This document shows positions 1 through 8,911 of a stretch of DNA of 64,000 nucleotides, one piece after another. The notes below the pieces were generated by a model. The model searched no databases. It saw nothing but the letters and a program-made list of their open reading frames with translations, and had not been told where the DNA came from. Made by a program: the position numbers and the translations under genes. The stretch comes from Eubacteriales bacterium (GTDB lineage Bacteria > Bacillota > Clostridia > Oscillospirales > CAG-272). How positions within the stretch are numbered: position 1 is the first letter of the stretch; the number at the start of each line of letters is the position of its first letter. The stretch spans positions 8,798 to 72,797 of the forward strand of contig JAZOML010000033.1 in the NCBI GenBank assembly GCA_045653945.1. Direction: 5' to 3'.

Positions 1-589
1 AGAAAAGCTCGGTGTGATAGGTAAATACCGATACGTTATAGTTAGCTTTGGCGGTAGCCTTGGTGCTAAAACCGTAAACGATATAGCACTTAAAACAATG
101 GTGAAGCTAAGCAGTAAGCGTAGCGACGTGCTCCACGTTCACTCCTGCGGAAGGGCATGCTGTGCGGAGTTTTTCACTGAATTTAAACGCTTGGGACTTG
201 AGGGATGTAAAAATATAAAAGCAAGTGAATATATATACGATATGCCACTGTACCTTAGCGCCGCCGATGCGGTAATCTGCCGTAGCGGAGCTATGACACT
301 ATCCGAAATTGCGGCGGCGGGCGTTCCGTCGGTGCTTGTGCCATCGCCAAACGTTACCGCTAATCACCAATACGAAAACGCTCTTGAATACTCAAACGTC
401 GGTGCGGCGTTTGCCGTTGACGAAAAGGAATACGGTTCAACGGATAAAGCCTTTGAATACGTCAGCGCCCTTATAACCGAGCCGTCTTTACGCAAAAAAA
501 TGTCCGAAAACGTGCGGAAACTTGCTTGTATAGACTGTGCCGAGCAAATTGTAAAAGAGATTGTATCCTCAATAAAAAAAGAACGCTGA
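1..589 (+). CDS. murG: MurG undecaprenyl-PP-MurNAc-pentapeptide UDP-GlcNAc transferase, C-terminal part (5' end lies outside the window)
   Basis: The frame stays open back to the window edge. GGSLGA and RSGAMTLSEIAAAGVPSVLVPSPNVTANHQYENA match the GT28 C-terminal UDP-GlcNAc-binding region. Confidence 0.85.
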   Translation, partial: EKLGVIGKYRYVIVSFGGSLGAKTVNDIALKTMVKLSSKRSDVLHVHSCGRACCAEFFTEFKRLGLEGCKNIKASEYIYDMPLYLSAADAVICRSGAMTLSEIAAAGVPSVLVPSPNVTANHQYENALEYSNVGAAFAVDEKEYGSTDKAFEYVSALITEPSLRKKMSENVRKLACIDCAEQIVKEIVSSIKKER

Positions 590-604
590 AAAGCGTTCTT
601 TTTA
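575..604. terminator. Bidirectional hairpin terminator between convergent murG and the CPBP gene
   Basis: AAAAAAGAACGCT-gaaa-AGCGTTCTTTTTT, a perfect stem flanked by an A-run and a T-run. Confidence 0.6.
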
Positions 605-613
605 TTTAATAAT

Positions 614-1846
614 TTAAGCCATTTGCTCAAGGCTTTGAAGCATCGCTTCCATATCAAGAAACGAATAGGTTATAATGTTTGATATAATTACCAAAAATAA
701 GACAAGCGAAAGTGGGTGAAGCGCAAACGAAAGGAATTTCTCGCCAATGCGCAGTCCCGAATCGCTCTTTGGCAGAGCAAACTGTGATTTGTTTGTAGTA
801 GCTTCTACTATAAGCATTATTATACCGATTATAATAACGACAAACAAAAGCAGGTCGAGTATTCCGATAGCGCCGATAAGAGCCGCAGAGCCTTCGAGAG
901 AGTCTGTTGCTCCTGCTACATATTCAGCGCCGTTGTCGGCAAAGCTCAAAAGCAGAGTGGTGAGGAAGGAGTAGCCGTTTAAACAGATATGAGCAATGAG
1001 TGATGGATATATTGATTTTGCTCTGAGGGTGATAAAGCCGGCTAAAATTCCGAAAGCCGTTGCAAAGAAAAGCTGCTGGGTATTTTGGTGGAAAAGCCCG
1101 AAAAGAACACCTGTGGTAATTGCGGCAAACCAACCGCCGTATCTGCTTAGCTTGGTAAGAAGAATTCCTCTGAAAAGGATTTCCTCAAAAATAGGAGCTA
1201 AAATAACGACTGTAATTCCGAAAACAATTCTTTCAATGTTAGTTGTAGGAAGCGGAGATGACAAATCGTTCGTATGGATTCCAAGCGACTCTAAAGCTGT
1301 AAACAAAAGATTAAAAACAATAGCGGTAGCATAGGTTATTCCAAGTATAATGATTATCCAGCGGAACGTATAGAATTTGCTTATCTGAGTCTTTTTAAAA
1401 TAGGTCAGCGACTTATTCTTGTTTCCGACTGTTGCAATATAAAAGACTATCGGGAAAAGCGCAACGTATTGGAGCGCCATTAAAGCAAACGCAAAAAGGT
1501 TGGTGTACTGTTCGCTTATAATTGTAAGAAAGCCTGTGGCGGCGCTTGAAAGTGAATTCATAAGCAAAAGCACAAGTAGAAGAATAAGCGAAACCGAACC
1601 TCCTGTATTCTTTACCATAGTTAAAGTAGAGCTTTTTATAAGTGTATCCTCGTATGCACGACGCATTCCAAACGCCTGCGGAGATTCCCAACTGAGGGGA
1701 GACGTTCCGCCGAGTCTACCTGCGTTTTCCTTGCAGACCTCCTCGATTACCGAGGGATTATCGTTATAGGGGTTGTAGTCCTTTGGTGGCTTGGGATCGT
1801 GGTGTGTGTACCACGACTTTTTATTATAAGTTGGTTCAAAATTCAT
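614..1846 (-). CDS. CPBP family (CAAX/Abi) intramembrane glutamic protease with a long soluble N-terminal region
   Basis: Multi-pass membrane protein carrying EEILFRG, FGLFH and HICLNG motifs in the order typical of CPBP proteases. It starts 5 nt after the upstream gene's stop. Confidence 0.8.
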   Translation of the reverse strand: MNFEPTYNKKSWYTHHDPKPPKDYNPYNDNPSVIEEVCKENAGRLGGTSPLSWESPQAFGMRRAYEDTLIKSSTLTMVKNTGGSVSLILLLVLLLMNSLSSAATGFLTIISEQYTNLFAFALMALQYVALFPIVFYIATVGNKNKSLTYFKKTQISKFYTFRWIIIILGITYATAIVFNLLFTALESLGIHTNDLSSPLPTTNIERIVFGITVVILAPIFEEILFRGILLTKLSRYGGWFAAITTGVLFGLFHQNTQQLFFATAFGILAGFITLRAKSIYPSLIAHICLNGYSFLTTLLLSFADNGAEYVAGATDSLEGSAALIGAIGILDLLLFVVIIIGIIMLIVEATTNKSQFALPKSDSGLRIGEKFLSFALHPLSLVLFLVIISNIITYSFLDMEAMLQSLEQMA

Positions 1847-1851
1847 AATAA

Positions 1852-2820
1852 TTATTTAACCTTGGGAAGATATGCAAGTAAGGTACGAAGTCCCCCCTGC
1901 TTAACTGCGTTTATTATTTGCGGAAGTTCACGCTCGAATACCTTTTTGTGATATTCCTTGTTTTCCTGAGGAAGTCTTGAAAATGCACCCGTGAGAACCT
2001 TTTGCATTTCCTCGGGGGTGTACTCATCAAGGAGCGCCTCGGCAGTTGTTACGTCGTCTTCGCTAAGAAGAACGTGTGCGATACCGGGCATAAGGAACTG
2101 ACAAACGAGTGCGCAACGGAGTATCGGTACGTAAAGATTTCCGACGTTGCTTTCCATATCCTCGGCTCTCATTATCTCGAATGCGATAACGGTACGTACC
2201 TCCTCGCTGTCGTAGTTACGGCAGAAAACGTTTTCTGCAAGAAGATTGGTGAGATACTTTTTGATTCTGACAATACCCGAGCCTTTTGCCGCGAGTGCGG
2301 TTTTGTACTTTGGTATAACAGGGTTGCGGTGAGCTCCGAAACGGATATTGTATGCCTTTGAAAAATTTCTTATATCCTCGTCAATAGCCTTGTTGTAAAT
2401 GGGAGAACCCTCGGGAAGACGGTTTCTTTTGTTGGTAAAAAGAAGTGCTGTGCAGTCGGCCAAAACTCTTTTAAGAGCTACCCCTCCCATATCGTAAAGG
2501 TATTTTACGGTTTTCTCCTCAACCTCTGCAAGAGCCTTTTCTGTGTCCTTCAAGGAAATAAGATAGGCGTCTATATTGTAGAGGAGCGAGGACAGAAGCT
2601 CATTTGCCTTGTCATTTGAAACGGAGGAGCTTGCGCCCTTGGTGTATTCGTCTATTACAATAGCGAGTCCGTCAAAAATTTTGGCGCGCAGAGCAGACTC
2701 TTTTACCTCGTCGATAATGCCAACTCTGAGAGCCTCGCGCAGAAGTGTTACCGTATATTCCGAATTGCTCGGTCGCATTGCCTCATAAGAAATGCGTTTT
2801 GTACTTTGTAATTCGTTCAT
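1852..2820 (-). CDS. Hypothetical protein, 322 aa, soluble, no recognisable catalytic motif
   Basis: Long ORF with an AAAGGA Shine-Dalgarno 9 nt upstream of the ATG. Codon usage matches its neighbours. It is the middle gene of a tight three-gene minus-strand operon. Confidence 0.6.
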   Translation of the reverse strand: MNELQSTKRISYEAMRPSNSEYTVTLLREALRVGIIDEVKESALRAKIFDGLAIVIDEYTKGASSSVSNDKANELLSSLLYNIDAYLISLKDTEKALAEVEEKTVKYLYDMGGVALKRVLADCTALLFTNKRNRLPEGSPIYNKAIDEDIRNFSKAYNIRFGAHRNPVIPKYKTALAAKGSGIVRIKKYLTNLLAENVFCRNYDSEEVRTVIAFEIMRAEDMESNVGNLYVPILRCALVCQFLMPGIAHVLLSEDDVTTAEALLDEYTPEEMQKVLTGAFSRLPQENKEYHKKVFERELPQIINAVKQGGLRTLLAYLPKVK

Positions 2821-2850
2821 AATAAAATATCCTTTCAGGTATGTTATCTC

Positions 2851-3348
2851 TTATTTTCTATCATCGGGATCTACGTATGTACCGTTAGCCTTGCGAATAA
2901 AAATTTCAAATTGTGGGAGCATATAGATTTTTGAAACATCACCGCCTGTTGTTTCAAATGCTACTTCAAGGAAAGCAATCACCTCGTCGTCGCTTACTTT
3001 ATCGTCGGTTTCGTTTTTGATTGCGTAAAAGCATTCAAGCAGCTCCTCAACCACGCCTGCAAACGTTTTTTGGTCAACGTATCCGCTATCGCAAAAAGCT
3101 TCAATAATTCTTTTTACTGCTCCGAGTCCTATTTCAATGCGTTCGGTCTTTACAAGCAGGTCGCTTCGGCATTCCGCAATGTCCTTGCAGTCTGCTTGAG
3201 AAAGCACTATACCGTGTTGCTCGGTGTAACTGTTCAGTGAAATAAGTTGTCCTGCAATGTATTTGGTGTGCACCTCGGACAGCATACCGTTTTTTACAAA
3301 TAAAGTAAGATAATCTGCCATAAAGAGCACCACTCCTCCCGTAGCCAA
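2851..3348 (-). CDS. Hypothetical acidic protein, about 156-165 aa (start ambiguous: TTG 3348 or ATG 3321)
   Basis: First ORF of the operon. GGAGG lies upstream of ATG 3321. No recognisable domain. Confidence 0.55.
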   Translation of the reverse strand: MATGGVVLFMADYLTLFVKNGMLSEVHTKYIAGQLISLNSYTEQHGIVLSQADCKDIAECRSDLLVKTERIEIGLGAVKRIIEAFCDSGYVDQKTFAGVVEELLECFYAIKNETDDKVSDDEVIAFLEVAFETTGGDVSKIYMLPQFEIFIRKANGTYVDPDDRK

Positions 3349-3368
3349 AAATTAGTTTAAATAAATGC

Positions 3369-3397
3369 TTGACAAATCAAAATAAATATGTTAAAAT
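3369..3397 (+). promoter_or_regulatory. Candidate sigma-A promoter for the thrS leader
   Basis: TTGACA (3369-3374), 17-nt spacer, TAAAAT (3392-3397). Confidence 0.4.
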
Positions 3398-3510
3398 AGA
3401 TATACCTTGATATACAGTATATAAACTTTTAATATTTATTCAATTATACAACATCTTGTGGTAAAAGTCAAGTAAGAAAAGAATAATTTTATACAAAGTT
3501 TACAATGTTT

Positions 3511-3702
3511 TTGAGGTTGGTAGGGACACGTTGCGACGAGCTTGAAATCCACAGAGAGAGGTGCGATGGCTGAAAGCACCTTGTTTTTGAACGGCGCGAT
3601 ACCACCTTATTGTTAATTTGATATCCAAATGAGTTAAAAGCTCGGGTGGAACCGTGTGAATTATTTGCACCCCGACAATGTTTTGTCGGAGTGCATTTTT
3701 TT
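3511..3702 (+). promoter_or_regulatory. T-box leader (tRNA-Thr sensing) with intrinsic terminator
   Basis: Elements occur in canonical order: AGAGAG bulge (3553-3558), GGTGCGA distal loop (3560-3566), GAA-AGC-ACC specifier region with Thr codon ACC at 3578-3580, and T-box sequence GGGTGGAACCGTG (3644-3656). A terminator stem GCACCCCGACA/TGTCGGAGTGC follows, then T7 (3667-3702). The element lies upstream of thrS. Confidence 0.8.
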
Positions 3703-3883
3703 GTACCGTCTGTTAAAATTCCGTAATACTTTGTTGCTTCCTTGGCAGCGGCTCGACTTACACTAAAGTAAGCCTTCGCCTTGCTACCTACGTTGCGCCT
3801 CGTCTTTCGAAATTTTTCCTAGACGGAATGTGCGTTTTTTGACGCAGTCAAAACAGTAAAATTAAATTTTGGAGGATATAAAA

Positions 3884-5767
3884 ATGACGGCTTACGAAGT
3901 ATTAAGAAGCAAGGAGCTTATGCAAAGAAGTGTAATCGGTGCTCTTGTAAATGGAGAGGTAGCAGAGCTTACCGCAGAGGTAGCGGACGGAGCAGAGGTA
4001 ACTCCTCTTACCTTTGAGGACGCAGAGGGAAAGAAGATTTTTTGGCATACCGCATCTCATATTCTTGCACAAGCAGTAAAGAACCTTTACCCCGATGCAA
4101 AGCTTACCATCGGTCCCTCTACCGATAGAGGATTTTACTACGATATCGATAGAGATACCCCCTTTACCAACGATGAAATAGCGGGTATTGAGGCTGAAAT
4201 GACCAAGATAGTCAAGGCAGACTATAAGATTGAAAGATTTACTATGCCCCGTGATGAGGCAAAGAAATTTATGGAAGAAAAGGGTGAGCCTTATAAGGTG
4301 CTCTTAATTGACCGTGTTCCCGAGGGCGAGGAGATTTCCTTCTATAAGCAGGGGGATTTCGTTGACCTTTGCGCAGGTCCTCACCTTTTCTCAACCGGAC
4401 TTGTAAAGGCATTTAAGATTTTGCAAATTACAGGTGCATATTGGGAGGGCGACTCCAAAAACAAGGTTCTTCAGAGAATTTACGGCGTTGCATTTCCTAA
4501 AAAAGACGAGCTTGCCGCTCACCTGCTCCAGCTTGAAGAGGCAAAGAAGCGCGACCATAATAAGCTCGGACGCGACCTCGAAATATTTACCACCGTTGAC
4601 GTTATAGGTCAGGGACTCCCGATACTTCTTCCTAAGGGCGCAAAGATAATCCAAACGCTTCAAAGATGGGTTGAGGACGAGGAATATAAGAGAGGCTGGC
4701 TCCCCACTAAAACTCCGTATATGGCAAAGCGTGAGCTTTACAAACTTTCGGGACACTGGGATCACTACCTTGACGGTATGTTCGTTCTCGGCGACCCCAA
4801 TGACGAAACCAAGGAGTGCTTTGCACTTCGCCCAATGACCTGTCCTTTCCAATATCAGGCTTACCTCAACAGAGCTCGATCCTACCGTGATTTGCCGCTC
4901 CGCTATAACGAAACCTCGACTCTTTTCAGAAACGAGGATTCGGGAGAAATGCACGGACTTATCAGAGTTCGCCAGTTCACCATTTCCGAGGGACACCTTA
5001 TGTGCCTTCCCGAACAGCTTGAAGAAGAATTCAAGGGCTGCCTTGAACTTGCAATTTATATGCTCAAAACCCTCGGACTTTACGAGGACGTTTCCTATCG
5101 CTTCTCGCAGTGGGACCCCAATAACCGTGAAAAGTACATTGGCACTAACGAGCAGTGGGACGAGGCTCAGGGTATAATGAAGAAAATACTTGATAACCTC
5201 GAAATTCCTTATAAAGTCGGTGTTGGTGAGGCGGCGTTCTACGGACCTAAGCTTGATATTCAAATCAAGAACGTTCACGGCAAAGAGGATACCCTTATCA
5301 CTATTCAAATAGACCAGCTTCTTGCTGAAAAGTTCGGTATGGAGTACACTGACCGCGACGGACAAAAGAAGAATCCTTACATTATCCACAGAACATCTAT
5401 CGGATGCTACGAAAGAACCCTTGCGCTTCTTATCGAAAAGTACGCAGGTGCGTTCCCGCTTTGGCTTGCTCCGAATCAGGTAACCGTTCTCCCCGTATCC
5501 AACACCTATGACGAATACGCCGAAAAGGTTGTATCCGCTCTAAGAGCTGTCGGTATCAGATGCGAGCTTGACAACAGAAACGAAAAGATAGGCTACCGCA
5601 TAAGAGAAGCAAAAATGTCTAAGGTACCTTATATGCTTATTCTTGGCGAGAGGGAAGCAAACGAGGGCACCGTTACCACCCGTAACCGTAAGGACGAGAG
5701 CGAAACCCTTACCGTTGACGAGGTAGTGGCAAAATTCCTGAAAGAGATTGCTGAAAAGGCAAGATAA
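3884..5767 (+). CDS. thrS: Threonine--tRNA ligase
   Basis: 627 aa with TGS-like N-terminus, second additional domain, class II core (FRNEDSGEMHGLIRVRQF, GEAAFYGPKLD) and anticodon-binding C-terminus. I prefer ATG 3884, which has GGAGG 8 nt upstream, over the track's TTG 3869. Confidence 0.95.
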   Translation: MTAYEVLRSKELMQRSVIGALVNGEVAELTAEVADGAEVTPLTFEDAEGKKIFWHTASHILAQAVKNLYPDAKLTIGPSTDRGFYYDIDRDTPFTNDEIAGIEAEMTKIVKADYKIERFTMPRDEAKKFMEEKGEPYKVLLIDRVPEGEEISFYKQGDFVDLCAGPHLFSTGLVKAFKILQITGAYWEGDSKNKVLQRIYGVAFPKKDELAAHLLQLEEAKKRDHNKLGRDLEIFTTVDVIGQGLPILLPKGAKIIQTLQRWVEDEEYKRGWLPTKTPYMAKRELYKLSGHWDHYLDGMFVLGDPNDETKECFALRPMTCPFQYQAYLNRARSYRDLPLRYNETSTLFRNEDSGEMHGLIRVRQFTISEGHLMCLPEQLEEEFKGCLELAIYMLKTLGLYEDVSYRFSQWDPNNREKYIGTNEQWDEAQGIMKKILDNLEIPYKVGVGEAAFYGPKLDIQIKNVHGKEDTLITIQIDQLLAEKFGMEYTDRDGQKKNPYIIHRTSIGCYERTLALLIEKYAGAFPLWLAPNQVTVLPVSNTYDEYAEKVVSALRAVGIRCELDNRNEKIGYRIREAKMSKVPYMLILGEREANEGTVTTRNRKDESETLTVDEVVAKFLKEIAEKAR

Positions 5768-5825
5768 ACTTTTGCATAAGCATTAAGATTTTTCCGTAAA
5801 ATAACACAAAAAAGGAGAAATAACA

Positions 5826-7214
5826 ATGGGAAACGAAGAAAAGCTTTCGGATAAGCTTTATATGAAAAAGAAGAATATCTTTGACGAGGCAGACGCTGCT
5901 CGCAAAAAGCAAATTTTTGAATTTTCCGAGGACTATAAGAGATTTCTTGATATAGCAAAAACCGAGCGCGAGGCAACCGATGAGGCTGTTGAAATGGCAA
6001 AATCGTTCGGCTTTACCGAATACAAATTCGGTGATACGCTCAAGGCAGGCGATAAGAAATATTACAACAATCGCGGCAAGAGCCTGTATGTGTTCAAAAT
6101 AGGTACAAAGCCCCTTGATAAAGAGGGAATAAGACTTCTTGCGGCGCATATAGACTCTCCAAGAATTGATTTGAAGCAGGTTCCTCTTTACGAGGATAGC
6201 GGTATGGCGTTTTTCAAAACGCACTATTACGGCGGCATCAAAAAATATCAGTGGACGGCAATTCCGCTTTCACTCCACGGTGTTATCCTTAAAAATGACG
6301 GTACGTCGGTAAACGTCCGTATAGGTGATGATGCGGGCGACCCCGTATTCTATATAAATGACCTGCTTCCTCACTTATCTCAGGAGCAAAGCCAAAAGCC
6401 TCTTGCAAGTGCAATAACGGGCGAAGGACTTAATATACTTGTCGGCGGCATACCGCTAAAGGATGGAGAAGGCGAAGGCTCTATAAAGCTCGGTGTCCTT
6501 AATGTCCTCAATGAAAAATACGGCATTACCGAAGAGGACTTTATCAGTGCGGAGCTTACCTGCGTTCCTGCATTTAACGCAAGAGATATTGGCTTTGACA
6601 GAGCCTTTATCGGCGCATACGGACACGATGACAGAGTTTGTGCATATCCTATGCTTCGTGCTATCTTTGATAACGAAACCGAGCATACCGTTCTTACGGT
6701 TCTTGCCGATAAGGAGGAAACGGGAAGCGACGGAAATACGGGTATGCAGAGTATGCTGCTTCTTGATATAATCAACGAAATTTCCGTAGCGCTCGGTGTA
6801 AACCCGATAGCCGTAAGAGCAGTATCCAAATGCCTCTCGGCTGACGTTCACGCAGGCTATGATCCCAATTATAAGGAAGCCTTCGAGGCTCGCAACAGTG
6901 CTATGATTTCCTGCGGTACGTGTATGTCAAAATTCACGGGAGCAAGAGGAAAATCGGGTACAAGCGATGCATCGGCTGAGTACGTTGGTTTTATCCGTAA
7001 GCTCTTTGCAGAGCACGGCGTACAGTGGCAAACGGGTGAGCTTGGTAGAGTAGACCTTGGCGGCGGCGGTACGGTTGCAAAATATATTGCAAACCTTAAT
7101 ATTGATACCGTAGACCTTGGTGTACCTGTAATTTCAATGCACGCACCTTATGAGGTAGTATCAAAGGCAGATGTCTACTCAACCTACGAGGCGTTCACGG
7201 CATTTGTAAAATGA
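5826..7214 (+). CDS. M18 family aminopeptidase
   Basis: LAAHIDSPRIDLK, YGHDDRVCAY, DKEETGS and ISMHAPYE are the metal-binding motifs of M18/aspartyl-type aminopeptidases. Confidence 0.85.
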   Translation: MGNEEKLSDKLYMKKKNIFDEADAARKKQIFEFSEDYKRFLDIAKTEREATDEAVEMAKSFGFTEYKFGDTLKAGDKKYYNNRGKSLYVFKIGTKPLDKEGIRLLAAHIDSPRIDLKQVPLYEDSGMAFFKTHYYGGIKKYQWTAIPLSLHGVILKNDGTSVNVRIGDDAGDPVFYINDLLPHLSQEQSQKPLASAITGEGLNILVGGIPLKDGEGEGSIKLGVLNVLNEKYGITEEDFISAELTCVPAFNARDIGFDRAFIGAYGHDDRVCAYPMLRAIFDNETEHTVLTVLADKEETGSDGNTGMQSMLLLDIINEISVALGVNPIAVRAVSKCLSADVHAGYDPNYKEAFEARNSAMISCGTCMSKFTGARGKSGTSDASAEYVGFIRKLFAEHGVQWQTGELGRVDLGGGGTVAKYIANLNIDTVDLGVPVISMHAPYEVVSKADVYSTYEAFTAFVK

Positions 7215-7232
7215 TTAAAATTTGTTAAAAAT

Positions 7233-7267
7233 AAAAATCCGTTGCGGTAAAGCAACGGATTTTTTTA
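7233..7267. terminator. Bidirectional terminator between the convergent aminopeptidase and CNNM genes
   Basis: AAAAATCCGTTGC-ggtaaa-GCAACGGATTTTTTT. Confidence 0.65.
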
Positions 7268-7272
7268 TGTTG

Positions 7273-8586
7273 TTATACGTTTTTGAGAATATCCTGAATT
7301 TTAAGTCGAACAGAGGTTTTTTCGATTCGCAAATCCTTTACCGAAAGCACCTTGACGGTCATTAGGTCGTTTTCAACGGTAAGCGTTGTGCCGTCATCGG
7401 GAATTGCGTCCATCATAGTAAGCACGTAGCCTGCAAAGGTATCGTAGTCGCCCTCAATGTCTATATCAAGAGCCTCCTGTACGTCATCAATTGACGCCTG
7501 ACCTAAAATAACCCAATTCTTTGAGTCAAGCGGCTCAATGTCGGGTACTTTCTTTGTGTCCTCATCCTCAAAAATTTCGCCGACAATACATTCAAGCAGG
7601 TCGGTAACGGTGAGAATACCAGAAAGTCCGCCGTATTCGTCAATAACAACCGCAAAATAATTTTTCTTTTGCTTCATAGCCTTTAAAACGGCATTTGCCT
7701 TCATTGAGCTCGGAATATAAAACGGTGGCTTTACCGCATTTTTCATAATATTCTCTCGGCTCTTATTTTTAAGACGGAAATATTCCTTTGAATTTAAAAC
7801 GCCAACTACGTTGTCGATTTTTTCATCACAAATCGGGAAATAGGTGTGATGACTCTGAATAATAGTCTTTTCCCACTGTGCGTTTGTTTCATCAAGCCAA
7901 AGAATAGTTATTTCCTTGCGGTGAGTTGCAATTTCGTCGGCGTCAACGTCGTCAAAATTGAATACGTTTTCTATAAATTCCTTTTCCTCATCGTCAATCA
8001 TACCGTGCTCACTACCGGTATCAACGAGGTTTTTGATTGCTTCCTCAGTTGCGGTTTTGCCGTCCTGCACCTCGGGATTTATACGCATCATAGTCAAAAT
8101 TCCCTTTGAAATGAGAGATATTACCGTAGCAAAAGGAGTAAATATCTTATGTACTGCCATAGCAAAGGATGAAATTCCGAGAGCTGTTTTCGTGGGATTT
8201 TTAAGTGCTATGTGTCTTGATACAATAGCTACCAAAACAACCGTAAGCGTAATGTAAATTAAAAGTGAAGCAACGCCGCAAAGCATTGATGAAACGATAG
8301 GGTGAAGTCCAAGGCTTGTAAAATATGCTGCAAGATATCCCGAAGTATAGAGCACCGAGCCTGCTCCTAAAAATTCAAAGGTGCTTATCGCCACCTTGAA
8401 CGGTGAGGTGGAGCGTGAAGCACCTGAAATCAGCTTAATTACACGCTTTGCTCTCTTGTCGCCACCGTCGGCAAGCTCGACAATTTCCGTTTCCTCGGCG
8501 TAAGAAATAGCGGATTCCGCTATTTTAAAAAGCATACAAAAAATAATAGCTCCTGCAACAAAAATCAGGTGTAAGGGTAAAATCAT
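7273..8586 (-). CDS. Hemolysin/CorC-type CNNM family protein (DUF21 membrane domain, CBS pair, CorC_HlyC C-terminal domain)
   Basis: Four N-terminal TM helices, a tandem CBS region (FAVVIDEYGGLSGILTVTDLLE) and a CorC/HlyC-like C-terminus. I prefer ATG 8586 (AGGAG upstream) over the track start 8622. Confidence 0.85.
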   Translation of the reverse strand: MILPLHLIFVAGAIIFCMLFKIAESAISYAEETEIVELADGGDKRAKRVIKLISGASRSTSPFKVAISTFEFLGAGSVLYTSGYLAAYFTSLGLHPIVSSMLCGVASLLIYITLTVVLVAIVSRHIALKNPTKTALGISSFAMAVHKIFTPFATVISLISKGILTMMRINPEVQDGKTATEEAIKNLVDTGSEHGMIDDEEKEFIENVFNFDDVDADEIATHRKEITILWLDETNAQWEKTIIQSHHTYFPICDEKIDNVVGVLNSKEYFRLKNKSRENIMKNAVKPPFYIPSSMKANAVLKAMKQKKNYFAVVIDEYGGLSGILTVTDLLECIVGEIFEDEDTKKVPDIEPLDSKNWVILGQASIDDVQEALDIDIEGDYDTFAGYVLTMMDAIPDDGTTLTVENDLMTVKVLSVKDLRIEKTSVRLKIQDILKNV

Positions 8587-8747
8587 TTCTTTTCTCCTAA
8601 AAATAAAAAAGCAAAACGGCACACCCCTATGCTTCTTTTCCCGTTCGGGATGTCCCGATTAAATTGTATTTTTTATACTTCGCCCGCAAGGGTCAGCGTT
8701 CATTTTTGCTTTTTCCTTAACTAAAAATTTGGCTTTAGCCTACTGTT

Positions 8748-8776
8748 ATATTATCATAAATATTAGTTTTTGTCAA
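8748..8776 (-). promoter_or_regulatory. Sigma-A promoter for the CNNM gene
   Basis: Minus strand reads TTGACA, 17 nt, TAATAT. It leaves a 5' leader of about 155 nt. Confidence 0.55.
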
Positions 8777-8805
8777 TATATAAATAAAAATATTTAAATT
8801 AAACC

Positions 8806-8834
8806 TTGACAAAATGCTATTAAAGGGTTATAAT
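8806..8834 (+). promoter_or_regulatory. Sigma-A promoter for pth-mfd
   Basis: TTGACA (8806-8811), 17 nt, TATAAT (8829-8834). Confidence 0.65.
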
Positions 8835-8911
8835 CAATTTAAAGAATAGATAGCGGAACTGAAGGGAAGACCTCGGCTCCGCCTTTCGTACATTTTAAAA
8901 AGAGGAAAATT

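Noticed and set aside
3839-3868. Possible second thrS promoter (TTGACG-18-TAAATT) downstream of the T-box
   Set aside because: Its predicted start site would fall inside or after the GGAGG Shine-Dalgarno, giving an mRNA without an RBS. The -10 and the spacing are also sub-optimal.
4391-5389. 332-aa ORF antisense to thrS
   Set aside because: It lies entirely within the well-supported thrS frame. It has no Shine-Dalgarno, a low-complexity Leu/Ser/Val-rich translation and no recognisable motif. This is a typical shadow ORF of a codon-biased gene.
5709-6224. 171-aa and 123-aa minus-strand ORFs spanning the thrS-aminopeptidase junction
   Set aside because: They overlap two confidently called plus-strand genes and the short intergenic region, and they have no RBS.
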